64,000 nucleotides of DNA from Promethearchaeota archaeon (GCA_048937405.1 JBHLNF010000005.1:96001-160000); one strand, 5' to 3'; positions 50,918 to 61,382 are shown, numbered from the stretch's first letter. Numbers and translations are program-made. The notes: generated by a model not told the origin, from the letters alone.

Positions 50918-51071
50918 AAAGACTTCTAATAAACTATATAAATTCCTCTTTTCAAAATAGAGATTATATAATGTTTTGAGAATATTTTCATATAAAATTA
51001 TCTTAAAATTTTTTATTTTTGATAATTTATATTTCCTAATGGATTTATACTAATTTTATTGCCAAAAGATC

Positions 51072-52028
51072 ATGACAGAAGAGAAAAATGAAAAAATTTT
51101 GTTAATTGGGGCTGGAACTATGGCAATGGACTATGCTAAAGTTCTGAAAGCTATGAAGAAACAGTTTATTGTAATTGGAAGAGGCAAAAAGTCTGCTCAA
51201 GATTTTGAAGACACTTTAGGGATTCCTGTTGAGATTGGGGGTATTAATAAATGGTTAGAAAACAATCAAATAATTCCGGATTATGCTATTGTAGCAGTGA
51301 CAGGTAATCAATTAGGAAAAGTATGTATTTCACTTCTTAGAAAAAAGGTTACTAATATCCTTTTAGAAAAACCTGGAGGCTTAAATGAGGATGAAATAAA
51401 ATCTGTGGCGAATGAAACTGATAAATATAATGCTAATGTTTTATTAGCTTATAATCGTCATTTTTTTGCTTCTGTTATTAAAGCTAAAGAAATCATTCAA
51501 GAAGACGGAGGAGTAACCTCATTTAATTTTGAATTTACTGAATGGAGCCACATTGTAGAAAAACGTGATTATGATCCTGAAATAAAAAAATTCTGGCTAA
51601 TACATAATTCTTCTCATGTTATTGATTTAGCTTTTTATTTAGGAGGCACCCCAGAGAAATTAGAATGCTTCACCACCGGAGGCTTTAAATGGCATCCTTC
51701 AAGTACTATTTTTACTGGAGCAGGAATGACTAAGGAGAATGTCCCATTTTCTTATCATTCGAATTGGGATGCTCCAGGAAGATGGGGTGTGGAAATCCTA
51801 ACAAAGAATCACAGATTAATTTTTCGACCTTTAGAAAAATTGCAAATCCAAAAGAAAGCAAGTATTGCTATTGAGGAAGTAGATATTGATTATAATTTGG
51901 ATACTAAATTCAAACCAGGATTATTTAAACAAGTTGATGCTTTTTTGAATAAAAATTGGATGGAATTTATAGATATTCATCAACAATTACATCATCTAAA
52001 GTTTTATAATATGATTGCCAATTATTAA
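51072..52028 (+). CDS. Gfo/Idh/MocA family oxidoreductase, type A (paralog of 57477-58451)
   Basis: IGAGTMA, LLEKPGG, AYNRHF, FEFTEWSH, NSSHVIDL. Confidence 0.88.
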   Translation: MTEEKNEKILLIGAGTMAMDYAKVLKAMKKQFIVIGRGKKSAQDFEDTLGIPVEIGGINKWLENNQIIPDYAIVAVTGNQLGKVCISLLRKKVTNILLEKPGGLNEDEIKSVANETDKYNANVLLAYNRHFFASVIKAKEIIQEDGGVTSFNFEFTEWSHIVEKRDYDPEIKKFWLIHNSSHVIDLAFYLGGTPEKLECFTTGGFKWHPSSTIFTGAGMTKENVPFSYHSNWDAPGRWGVEILTKNHRLIFRPLEKLQIQKKASIAIEEVDIDYNLDTKFKPGLFKQVDAFLNKNWMEFIDIHQQLHHLKFYNMIANY

Positions 52029-52032
52029 CTAT

Positions 52033-53010
52033 ATGAGAAAAATTGCTATAATTGGTGTTGGGAATATCGGAAGCCGTCACTTGCAAGCTTTAAAGGCCGT
52101 TAAAAATCCATTGAATATAAATGTAATAGATCCTAACCCTGATTCTTTAGATATAGCAAAAAATCGTTACAATACATTTCAAAATATTGGAAATGAGCAT
52201 CAAATAAGTTATTCAAATAACATTTCAGATATTAGCAAGGAAATAGAAATTGCGATAATTGCGACTAGTTCTTTAGTAAGAAGAGATGTGATTGAGAAAT
52301 TATTACATCATACTAAAGTTAAATTTATGATACTTGAAAAAGTATTATTCCAAAAAGAAGAAGATTATTATTTTATTCAAGATTTATTAAGTTCGAGCAA
52401 CTGTCTTTGCTGGATAAATTGTACACGCAGAATTATACCAGTTTACCAATACACAATTAAAAATTGGTTTGAAAAAAAAAAAATATATTATAGTTTGTCA
52501 GGAAGCAATTTTGATTTAATTACAAATATTATCCATCATATAGATTATATGGCTTATATATTAGAGAGTACTGAATTTAATGTTGATACATCATACTTAA
52601 ATCCTGCATTAATTCCAAGCAAAAGAGCAAACTTTTTAGAGTTAGAAGGAATTCTGCAGATTCATTTTGAGAATGGGAGTCATGGAATATTTTCTTGTAA
52701 TTCCTCCGGAGATCTTCCTGAAATTCTTATTATTGATTCTGATACAAATAGGTGTGTCATTAATCAAAAAAACCCATTCTCATTTAAATGGGATAATGAA
52801 ACAGAAACTAAATGGAAAAGTATAGATGCAAAACTTCATTATACAAGTGAATTAACCACTCAAATTGTAGAGAATCTGTTAAATAACGAACAGTGCAATT
52901 TAACAAGCTATGAGGAATCTATGGAGATTCATTTAAACCTACTTAAACCTCTACTTATTTTTATTAATAAATTTTCTGAAAAAAAATTTGATTATTATCC
53001 TTTCACTTAA
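52033..53010 (+). CDS. Gfo/Idh/MocA family oxidoreductase, type B (paralog of 56484-57458)
   Basis: IIGVGNIGSRHLQAL, ILEKVLFQ, WINC, IHHIDY, C-terminal YPFT. Start placed at ATG 52033. Confidence 0.85.
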   Translation: MRKIAIIGVGNIGSRHLQALKAVKNPLNINVIDPNPDSLDIAKNRYNTFQNIGNEHQISYSNNISDISKEIEIAIIATSSLVRRDVIEKLLHHTKVKFMILEKVLFQKEEDYYFIQDLLSSSNCLCWINCTRRIIPVYQYTIKNWFEKKKIYYSLSGSNFDLITNIIHHIDYMAYILESTEFNVDTSYLNPALIPSKRANFLELEGILQIHFENGSHGIFSCNSSGDLPEILIIDSDTNRCVINQKNPFSFKWDNETETKWKSIDAKLHYTSELTTQIVENLLNNEQCNLTSYEESMEIHLNLLKPLLIFINKFSEKKFDYYPFT

Positions 53011-53143
53011 AAACTTCTAAAAATAAACAAATCATAAGATTAATTCTTTGTCCATAAACAATTTAAGAATTGAAGAATTTCTACATATAATTTTACATTT
53101 GTATAAAGATTTATAAAATATTCTAAAAAAAATAGTCCCATAT

Positions 53144-55048
53144 ATGAAAATCCTGATTCTAGATAACATTTTTAATAAAGAAATTAAAAAGAAATCCAAA
53201 TTGATTAATAAATTATTATTTAATTATAAACGGATGAAATTATACGGATTATTAGATAAATTAAAAAGAATTTATAACCAGAATATAGATATCACACTAG
53301 TCTCTAATGATACAAAATTATCTAATATTAAATTTAAAATTAATGTTGAATTACTCTCAGACTTTAGAATTGATTTAGAGCGAAGAGAATTCTTAAAAAT
53401 TTTAAAAAAAGTAAAAGAATCTACTAAATCAAATTATTCTAATCTTATTAGAAATCTGAAAAATTTAAAGCAATTCTATATAAACAAAATCTTTATGGGC
53501 GATCTATTTGAAGGTAATTTTGTACGATTTTTCAATTTAATTTTTGGAGAATATGAATTAATAAAAAAAATAATTCAATCAAATAATTTTGATCAAATTT
53601 TATTGTTTAATTGTAATTTAAATTTAGTTGAATTCTTCAAGAATTTGAACCTCAAAAATCATAATATTAAAATATTTAAAAATCCAATTTTTAAGAAAAA
53701 AAAACTAATAGTTAGACTGCATAATGCGTTCTATCTCTTAAAGGGATTAATTGAAAATATATTTGAGCAATTTCTTCGATCCCAAAAGTTAGTATATCAA
53801 CAGAATAACTTCCAAAATGATCCTGGGAGAAAAAAAGTTGTATTCCATGGCACTTCAAAAAATCAGAAAAAAAGTTTAGAACCTATATACGAATACGTTA
53901 AAATAAATAGGACTGACTTAAATCCAATTAAATATTTTTATACATTTAAACACACAATTCCAAGAAATTCTATTACTGATTATCTAAGATTCTTGTTTTT
54001 AATGAAAAGAGTATGGTTTAATAATCTGGATACTATCTCAAGAAACATGAATTATGCCGAATCAGTAGATATAGTTAATATATTAGATGATTTTTATCAT
54101 TATGAATTATTATTTATCTTAATTATAATTTTTAATAATTTCTGGCATTTCAAGGAATTTCTAAAAATGGTTGATCCAGATATTTTGGTAATCGCTAATC
54201 ATTTTAGAGTTGAGCCAAAACTTTTTACGAAATATTGTTATTTAAAAAATATCCCAACTTTATTCGTTCCTCATTCTGCAATCGTAACTTTTGATGAATT
54301 AATTACTAAATCTTATATTAGATATTTTACTGTTCCAGGTGAAAGAGATAAAGCTTATTTGGTTGAAAATGAGGACAGGATCAGTAATATCATAGTTACC
54401 GGAAGGCCTAGATATGAAATTTTCTATAAGGGTGAGATAAATCGCTTAAAGGAAGTTAAGGATATGTACTCCAACAGGATTTATAAGTTTGAACAAAATA
54501 AATTTACTGTTGTATTAACAACAAGTCATTTTAATGAAAAAACTACTGAAAAAATAATATCGTCTGCTGTTCAAGCATTAAAACCGTTAGGATTGATTAA
54601 TAATTTAGTTATAAAAATCCATCCTCAAGAAGAAGGAACAATTCATAAGAAGGTTTCTCAAAATTTAAATGTTAATCCAATAATCATTAGAGATTATAAC
54701 ATATTAGAGATTATCCAATCCAGTAATTTATTATTAACTGTTCCTTCAACAACTGTCTTAGAGGCAATGGTTATTGGCACTCCGGTTATTATATTAGATT
54801 TTATAAATTTAGAATTTAATAATACAGGTAAATTTATTTTTCAAGAAGAGGAATCAATAATAACTGCATCTGATGGAATAAATTTATCTGAAAATATTAA
54901 AAAACTATATGAAAATAAAGATTTTTATCAAAAATACTCAAAGAGAATAAAGGAATTAGGTAATGGATACTCTTATTATAATGAAAACGAAGGACCTATA
55001 TTAAAAATAGTTAATCTTATCCAAAAATCGACTAAATTAGCAGATTGA
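53144..55048 (+). CDS. GT-B-fold HP-motif transferase (paralog of 44977-46872); candidate CMP-nonulosonate transferase
   Basis: LFVPHS, VTGRPRYE, VIKIHPQE, PSTTVLEAMVIGTP; shares the N-terminal KILILDN.FN with 44977. Confidence 0.65.
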   Translation: MKILILDNIFNKEIKKKSKLINKLLFNYKRMKLYGLLDKLKRIYNQNIDITLVSNDTKLSNIKFKINVELLSDFRIDLERREFLKILKKVKESTKSNYSNLIRNLKNLKQFYINKIFMGDLFEGNFVRFFNLIFGEYELIKKIIQSNNFDQILLFNCNLNLVEFFKNLNLKNHNIKIFKNPIFKKKKLIVRLHNAFYLLKGLIENIFEQFLRSQKLVYQQNNFQNDPGRKKVVFHGTSKNQKKSLEPIYEYVKINRTDLNPIKYFYTFKHTIPRNSITDYLRFLFLMKRVWFNNLDTISRNMNYAESVDIVNILDDFYHYELLFILIIIFNNFWHFKEFLKMVDPDILVIANHFRVEPKLFTKYCYLKNIPTLFVPHSAIVTFDELITKSYIRYFTVPGERDKAYLVENEDRISNIIVTGRPRYEIFYKGEINRLKEVKDMYSNRIYKFEQNKFTVVLTTSHFNEKTTEKIISSAVQALKPLGLINNLVIKIHPQEEGTIHKKVSQNLNVNPIIIRDYNILEIIQSSNLLLTVPSTTVLEAMVIGTPVIILDFINLEFNNTGKFIFQEEESIITASDGINLSENIKKLYENKDFYQKYSKRIKELGNGYSYYNENEGPILKIVNLIQKSTKLAD

Positions 55049-55213
55049 AAAAAATTTTTTTAGAAAATATTGATTCCATATCATTTTTTTGAGTTAAAAT
55101 GAGATAGAAAAGTTTTTTAAACTAAAAATGATACCCTTATATTTTTTTCTTCGTTTAAGAATATAAAAAAAGATAGATTCATTATTCTTTTTTCAGCATA
55201 TTGATTTGTATTT

Positions 55214-56458
55214 ATGACAAACATAATTTTCAGAGCGGTTTATTTACTAAAAGAAAAATTAATTCAAAATTTTAAAGATTTGAGTAATTACCATCACTAT
55301 AAATACTACATTGAATCAATTAAACGAAGATTCCAATATTTAATTCCTTTTAAGAATTATTATAAAACCATACATTACTACATAGAAAGATCAGATATAG
55401 ATATTATTCATAGGAAACGAGAAATTCCCAAAAGTGCAGGAATTGGAATAACTAATGTATGCAATTTAAATTGTATCATGTGTAATATAAAATTAGCAAA
55501 GGTACCTCCGGGTTACATGGATCCAAGGATATTTGAAATTATTTTAAAAGAACTGAAGAAAATAAGAATAAATTCAGTAGCAATTCATACAATTGGAGAA
55601 CCACTTATGCACAAAGACATAGATCAATTATTCCAAATAATCAAGAAAAATAAAATTAAAATTAAATTTAGTACGAATGGACAATTACCAGAAAGACTTA
55701 TAAAATTAATTCATTATTACTCAAATCAAATTGAATTTGTACGTTTCTCTATTGATGCGGCTAAACCTAAAACCTACGAATTTATTCGAAAAGGAGCAAA
55801 TTTTAAAAAGTTGATTAAATCTCTCGAACTTGTTCATAAATTCAATCAAAATAGGATAAATTTTAATGTTAGCGTAAAAATTGACTCAATTCTCAGTTTA
55901 ACAAATATAAATGAAATTCCATTGTTCTTTAAAAAATATGGAAAGTATTGTAAACCTGAATCAATTAATTTTACTCTTGTCAATGGATTATCTCCTGATA
56001 CTGCTTATTTTAAAAAAGCATTCCCCTTTCCCAACTTGATTAAAAAAGAAGTTCCATGTAGTTTACCTTTTAATGCAGTATATTTTACTAATGATGGGAA
56101 AGTAACTCTATGTTGTGAGGATTTTAATGAAGAACTTACTGTTGGTAATATAAAAGATAATTCACTTATTAAAATATGGAGTAATGATTATTCGAGTGAA
56201 ATACGAAGACAGCATTTAAGTCCAGAAACAATAAGCATTACAGCTTGCAAAAATTGTTATGGTCCTTATAAATTTATTTCAAATATAACTAATTATTTCA
56301 TTCATTTATTATATTATTATCATCCAGAATACTCAAACAAGGAATTTGGAGATAGATTAATATATTTTCTTCATAAAATGGATAAAACAATAAAAAATAA
56401 AGGTTTACATCGGTTAGAACAAGTAATATTAAATATTTTTAGAAAAGAAATTAAATAA
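55214..56458 (+). CDS. Radical SAM protein with SPASM/Twitch domain
   Basis: TNVCNLNCIMC, GEPLMH, STNG, FSID, then CSLPF...DGKVTLCCED...VGNI...CKNC. Confidence 0.92.
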   Translation: MTNIIFRAVYLLKEKLIQNFKDLSNYHHYKYYIESIKRRFQYLIPFKNYYKTIHYYIERSDIDIIHRKREIPKSAGIGITNVCNLNCIMCNIKLAKVPPGYMDPRIFEIILKELKKIRINSVAIHTIGEPLMHKDIDQLFQIIKKNKIKIKFSTNGQLPERLIKLIHYYSNQIEFVRFSIDAAKPKTYEFIRKGANFKKLIKSLELVHKFNQNRINFNVSVKIDSILSLTNINEIPLFFKKYGKYCKPESINFTLVNGLSPDTAYFKKAFPFPNLIKKEVPCSLPFNAVYFTNDGKVTLCCEDFNEELTVGNIKDNSLIKIWSNDYSSEIRRQHLSPETISITACKNCYGPYKFISNITNYFIHLLYYYHPEYSNKEFGDRLIYFLHKMDKTIKNKGLHRLEQVILNIFRKEIK

Positions 56459-56483
56459 TAAATGTCATAAAAACGGTTAAATT

Positions 56484-57458
56484 ATGAAGAATATAGCTAT
56501 AATTGGAGCTGGAAAGATTGGAAGTAGACATTTACAAGCACTTAAAGCAGTCAATATCCCTTTAAATATTTTTGTTGTAGATCCAAGTGAATCTTCATTA
56601 AAAAAAGCTAAGAAAATATACGATTCAATTAATAATACTCAAATTCAACATAAGGTTAGATACCTTTCCGAGATTGACATTAATGATAAACTCGACTTGG
56701 CAATTAATGCAACTAATTCAGATATGAGAAGAGAATCTACTGAAAAATTATTTCAAAGTTGTCAAGTTAATTTTTTAATTTTAGAAAAAATATTATTTCA
56801 GAAGGCTGAAGATTACTACGCAATCAATGATCTTCTGAAAAAAAGAAATTGTACCACTTGGGTTAATTGCAATATAAGAACAATGCCAGATTATAGAAAT
56901 TTAGTGAAAAAATGGTTTAATAAAGAGAAATTATTATTTACTGTTACTGGTAGTCAATGGGGTTTAATGTGTAATGCGGTTCATTTTATTGATTATTTAT
57001 CATTTCTAACTGAGTGTAATGAATTCGAAGTCAACACTGAGTATTTAGATAAAAAACTTATTCCTAGTAAAAGAGAGGGATTTTATGAACTATCAGGAAT
57101 TATCCAAACTCACTTAAGTGATGGTAGCCATGGAATACTATCTTGTCAACCTAGTGGAGATCTTCCGATAATAATTAATATTTCCTCTGATACAACAAAT
57201 TGTTCAATCAATTTATTAAAAAATGAAGAAAATATGTTAATATGTAAAGGAAATTCTGACTGGAAAACTTATAATGTCGAATATCTTAATGTTAGCAGTT
57301 TGACTACTTCTCTAGTTGAAAATATTCTTACTAGTGGTAAGTGTCTGTTGCCTACATACGAATATGCCATGAAACTTCACTTATCTTTCTTTGAACCTGT
57401 ATTAGAATTTTTAAATATGCATATTGGAAAAGATTTTACTAATTATCCATTCACTTAA
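56484..57458 (+). CDS. Gfo/Idh/MocA family oxidoreductase, type B (paralog of 52033-53010)
   Basis: IIGAGKIGSRHLQAL, ILEKILFQ, WVNC, VHFIDY, YPFT. Confidence 0.85.
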   Translation: MKNIAIIGAGKIGSRHLQALKAVNIPLNIFVVDPSESSLKKAKKIYDSINNTQIQHKVRYLSEIDINDKLDLAINATNSDMRRESTEKLFQSCQVNFLILEKILFQKAEDYYAINDLLKKRNCTTWVNCNIRTMPDYRNLVKKWFNKEKLLFTVTGSQWGLMCNAVHFIDYLSFLTECNEFEVNTEYLDKKLIPSKREGFYELSGIIQTHLSDGSHGILSCQPSGDLPIIINISSDTTNCSINLLKNEENMLICKGNSDWKTYNVEYLNVSSLTTSLVENILTSGKCLLPTYEYAMKLHLSFFEPVLEFLNMHIGKDFTNYPFT

Positions 57459-57476
57459 ACATAGAGATTATGAAAT

Positions 57477-58451
57477 ATGGAAAAAAAAAAAAATAAATCA
57501 GTCTTATTAGTTGGTCCTGGAAAAATGGGTAGGGAATATGCAAAAATATTAATTGATATGAAATTACCCTTAGAGATTGTTGGAATAGAAGATAAATCTT
57601 CTATTGAGTTTGAGAAATTAACATTATTACCAGTATATAAAAAAGGGATTGATAATTGGTTAGCAGAAACAGAAGAATATCCACAATTTGCTATAGTTTC
57701 AGTAATCAATCAAGACCTCGGTAATGTAGCAAGATCACTTATTCAAGCAGGATTGAAAAATATCCTCTTGGAAAAACCAGGTGGGTTGGATATCTCAGAT
57801 ATAGGAGCTGTAGCTAAAGAAGCAGAAAAAAATAAAACAAATGTATTTCTTGGTTACAATCGCCGATTTTACACATCAACTCTTAAAGCTAAGCAGATTA
57901 TTAAAGAGGACGGAGGAGTTAAGTCCTTTTTATTTGAATTTACTGAATGGAGTCATGTAATGGAAACTTATCCTCTTATACCTGAAGTTAAAAAAAATTG
58001 GTTATTACATAACTCCACCCATGTAATAGATTTAGCATTTTATTTAGGGGGTAAACCAAAAGAACTTTACTCTCTTAAAACAGGCACTTTATCATGGCAT
58101 CCAATAGGTTCTACTTTTACAGGGGCAGGAAAAACTGAAGGGGGAGCATTGTTTTCTTATCATTCCAATTGGGATGCTCCAGGAAGATGGGCTACGGAGA
58201 TCCTTACTAAAAAACACCGTTTAATTTTTAAACCTTTAGAAAAACTCAAAATTCAGAAAAGAGCAAGTGTGAAGATTGAAGAGGTAAAACTCAATGATAA
58301 ATTAGATATTGACTTTAAACCTGGACTTTATCGTCAAGTAGATGCTTTTCTAAACAATAATTGGAGCGAATTTAAAAATATCCATCAGCAACTAAAAGAT
58401 CTAGAACTATACGATACCATACGTAAAGGTGGAGTTATTAAAAATCAATAA
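57477..58451 (+). CDS. Gfo/Idh/MocA family oxidoreductase, type A (paralog of 51072-52028)
   Basis: VGPGKMG, LLEKPGG, GYNRRF, FEFTEWSH, YHSNWDAPGRW. Confidence 0.88.
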   Translation: MEKKKNKSVLLVGPGKMGREYAKILIDMKLPLEIVGIEDKSSIEFEKLTLLPVYKKGIDNWLAETEEYPQFAIVSVINQDLGNVARSLIQAGLKNILLEKPGGLDISDIGAVAKEAEKNKTNVFLGYNRRFYTSTLKAKQIIKEDGGVKSFLFEFTEWSHVMETYPLIPEVKKNWLLHNSTHVIDLAFYLGGKPKELYSLKTGTLSWHPIGSTFTGAGKTEGGALFSYHSNWDAPGRWATEILTKKHRLIFKPLEKLKIQKRASVKIEEVKLNDKLDIDFKPGLYRQVDAFLNNNWSEFKNIHQQLKDLELYDTIRKGGVIKNQ

Positions 58452-58478
58452 AAATCTTTTTTTTGATAATATTTGAAC

Positions 58479-60383
58479 TTATTCATCTCTAATGATTTCT
58501 GAAATACGATTCAATGCTTCTAAAAAACCTCTACCATTATAATTATGTCCTAACCATATTTCAGGAGTATATGAAACATTAGTTTTAATTAATTCAGGTA
58601 AAAACGCCTTAAAATTTATCATACCATCACCCACCTGTATACCTTCACCCATAATGCCAATAGCATCAGCTATATGAACATGTCTTATTAAATGTTTGAT
58701 TTCTTGATAAAATTGTGCTACTGTCATATGCTCTCCCTCTAAACTATTAACATACATTCCGGCGTGACTAGTATCAAACGTCATTTTAAGTTTTTCTTTC
58801 TCTAAAAAAGCACGAATTTCTCTTGGATTACAAAAAAGATTTAAATAACTGTGTCCCCCATAATACCATCCATTAGGGGGCAAATTTTCAATCAATAGTT
58901 CAATTCCATCAAAATCAATACTTGTTAGAACATCATGTAATTTATGATAAAGATGGCCATTACCAATAATTCTTTCAAATTGACTGAATCCAGGAATGTG
59001 CAGCACTAACTTAACTGGTTTATCTTTTTGCTTTAAAAAGTACTTAGACATTCTTCTTGTTAAATCAACAGTATTTATTAAGCTATCTATAGATCGCTTT
59101 TGAATTAATCGATTTTCTGAACTGATATCCATAACATCATCTTCCCAATTAGTTGGTGCATGAATAACTAATCCTGCATTAATAGGTTCAGAAAACCATT
59201 CACCTAAATCAACAAATACGTCTTGGTCTGTAAGATGAAATTCAAAAAAATTTGGTTTATAATCAAGGTAATTTTTATAGTCGGAAAATCTAACAATCAA
59301 ACCCCAATTATAAGATGCTGTAAGCTTAATTTCTTTAAATTTTTGCCCTAGATCCAAAAACTTAAGATATTCTTCAGCTTCAATATCTCTAATTGCTGTC
59401 CTTCCTAAAAGATCAAAATAAAACTGAGGTGAAATACCTTTAGCAGGACTTTTAGTAGTTAACATATCTTCTTTAAAAATTTCTCCTTTCTTTATCGATC
59501 TTGTAGAAACTATACTTTTTCCTAAAATTTCTCTATTAAAGTATTCACCACGAGAAATATAACGTTTATCAGCTCCGATAGCCTGCTTAACATGTTTAAT
59601 ATCCCTTATTACTCTTCTAAGACCTTCTGGTTCTAAGCTAGCGGAGTGATCTGGACCTTTCATAGTTCTATCAAGAGTAATATGTCTTTCAACGATACAA
59701 GCACCAAATAGAGTAGATGCTACAGAAATAGCAAGCCCTCTTTCATGACCAGAATATCCAACAGGAACTCTAAATTTCTTAAGTGTTGTAATAAATTTTA
59801 AATTAATTTCCTCATTTAATGCAGGATAAGTACTATTACAATGCAGTAGACAAAATGATGTATCTCTTGATTTAAGAAATTCAACTGTCTGTTCAATTTC
59901 AGAATAAGTTGACATACCAGTAGAAATAATAATTGGCTTTTTCATTTTACAAATATAATCTAGTAATGGAAGATTTGTCAAATCCGCTGAAGCTACTTTA
60001 TATGCCGAAACATTTAGTTTCTCTAAAAAGTCAACACTTGCTTTATCAAATGCTGTACATAAAAAATCCATATTTTTACTCTCTGCATATTCTTTAAGAT
60101 ATTTTAATTCACTTTCTGACAAATCTGCTCGTTTTTGAGCAAATAAAGAATATTGAATCTGTTGATCAAAGACAGATGGATTTTCGATAATTCTATTTAA
60201 GTAAAGATCACCAAAATCTCTTTTTTGAAATTTCACACAATCTGCACCATATTTGGCACAATAGTCGATTAAATTCTGGGCAATTTGAATCGAACCGTTA
60301 TGATTTATTCCAATTTCTCCTATAAAATAGACAGGATAATCATTACCAATTTTTCTTCCATTAATCACTATATATGGTTCCAT
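58479..60383 (-). CDS. neuB: Nonulosonic acid synthase (NeuB + SAF) fused to a C-terminal xylose-isomerase/AP-endonuclease-2-like TIM barrel
   Basis: IGEIGINHNG, VKFQKR, KVASAD, GYSGHE, ERHITLD, KSPAKG; C-terminal IENLP, FDTSHA, HVHIAD, PEIW. Confidence 0.88.
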   Translation of the reverse strand: MEPYIVINGRKIGNDYPVYFIGEIGINHNGSIQIAQNLIDYCAKYGADCVKFQKRDFGDLYLNRIIENPSVFDQQIQYSLFAQKRADLSESELKYLKEYAESKNMDFLCTAFDKASVDFLEKLNVSAYKVASADLTNLPLLDYICKMKKPIIISTGMSTYSEIEQTVEFLKSRDTSFCLLHCNSTYPALNEEINLKFITTLKKFRVPVGYSGHERGLAISVASTLFGACIVERHITLDRTMKGPDHSASLEPEGLRRVIRDIKHVKQAIGADKRYISRGEYFNREILGKSIVSTRSIKKGEIFKEDMLTTKSPAKGISPQFYFDLLGRTAIRDIEAEEYLKFLDLGQKFKEIKLTASYNWGLIVRFSDYKNYLDYKPNFFEFHLTDQDVFVDLGEWFSEPINAGLVIHAPTNWEDDVMDISSENRLIQKRSIDSLINTVDLTRRMSKYFLKQKDKPVKLVLHIPGFSQFERIIGNGHLYHKLHDVLTSIDFDGIELLIENLPPNGWYYGGHSYLNLFCNPREIRAFLEKEKLKMTFDTSHAGMYVNSLEGEHMTVAQFYQEIKHLIRHVHIADAIGIMGEGIQVGDGMINFKAFLPELIKTNVSYTPEIWLGHNYNGRGFLEALNRISEIIRDE

Positions 60384-60598
60384 TACGTAACAAAAGGATA
60401 AATTTTTTTCAAATCTAATTTTTATAATGTATAAATTAATAATAACCTTTTCTTTGATAAAAAATGAAAATATTTAATGAAATTCAGATATACATTGAGA
60501 TTTTATATAACTTTAAGGGATTTTGAAGTATTTCATGAACTTATAGCAAAAATATTTATACTATTAAAAATTATAAATTTTTTGGAGTAATTTATAAT

Positions 60599-61369
60599 TT
60601 ACCATATACTCCATCCACCATCTACCAAAAGAATATGACCTGTTATGTAAGAAGCTGCATTAGAGATGAGAAAAATTACTGGTCCTACGATATCATTAGG
60701 ATTAGCCATTCTTTTTAATGGTGTTTTTTTATTATAACTATTTACAAATTTGCTAGGTTGATTGTTGAAAACACCACCAGGAGCAATTATGTTCGCTCGA
60801 ACATTATTCTCTCCATATCTTGTTGCTATATATTTTGTTAATATGTTAATTGCTCCCTTATTAGAAGCATAAGAAATTTTGTTTGTCATATTGGTACCCT
60901 CATATATTGAAAAATCAGGAGCTGTAATACCATAAATGGAACTAAAATTAATTATGGATCCATAATTTTGGTTTTTCATGATTTCAGCTACTTTTATCGA
61001 AGTAAGATAATACCCCCCCAAATGCTTTTTCAAACTTTGCGTAAACGTTTCATAATCATATAACTTTTCTTTATTATTATAATCCTCTGTTTTTGGCCAA
61101 GCCATATTTACTAAAGCATCTATTTTGTTGTATCTTTCTATAATAAATTTAAAGAAATTATCAACAGATTCTTCATTAGACATATTTATTTTTTTATAGA
61201 ATACTTCTAAATTTTTTTTTTTTAATTTTGTTTCTAATTCTGCTCCAATTTTTTCATCGATATCTCCAATTATAACTCGTGCGCCTGCTTCTGCTAAACC
61301 TCTAACTACTTCAGATCCAATTAAGCCAGCACCTATTGCTATTACAACTTTTTCTTCAAGACTAAACAA
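60599..61369 (-). CDS. Short-chain dehydrogenase, PtmA (flagellin modification protein A)-like
   Basis: GAGLIG, VNMAWP, FSSIYG..APDFSIY, YASNK, APGGVFNNQP..F, ITGHILLVDGG. Confidence 0.85.
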   Translation of the reverse strand: MFSLEEKVVIAIGAGLIGSEVVRGLAEAGARVIIGDIDEKIGAELETKLKKKNLEVFYKKINMSNEESVDNFFKFIIERYNKIDALVNMAWPKTEDYNNKEKLYDYETFTQSLKKHLGGYYLTSIKVAEIMKNQNYGSIINFSSIYGITAPDFSIYEGTNMTNKISYASNKGAINILTKYIATRYGENNVRANIIAPGGVFNNQPSKFVNSYNKKTPLKRMANPNDIVGPVIFLISNAASYITGHILLVDGGWSIW

Positions 61370-61382
61370 ACCTGGTCCGTAC

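Noticed and set aside
57481-57493. A13 run at the start of an oxidoreductase (also T12 at 61212-61223 and similar runs) as phase-variation tracts
   Set aside because: The frames are intact, and long A/T runs encoding poly-Lys are expected at this AT content. It would need read-level length variation to support.
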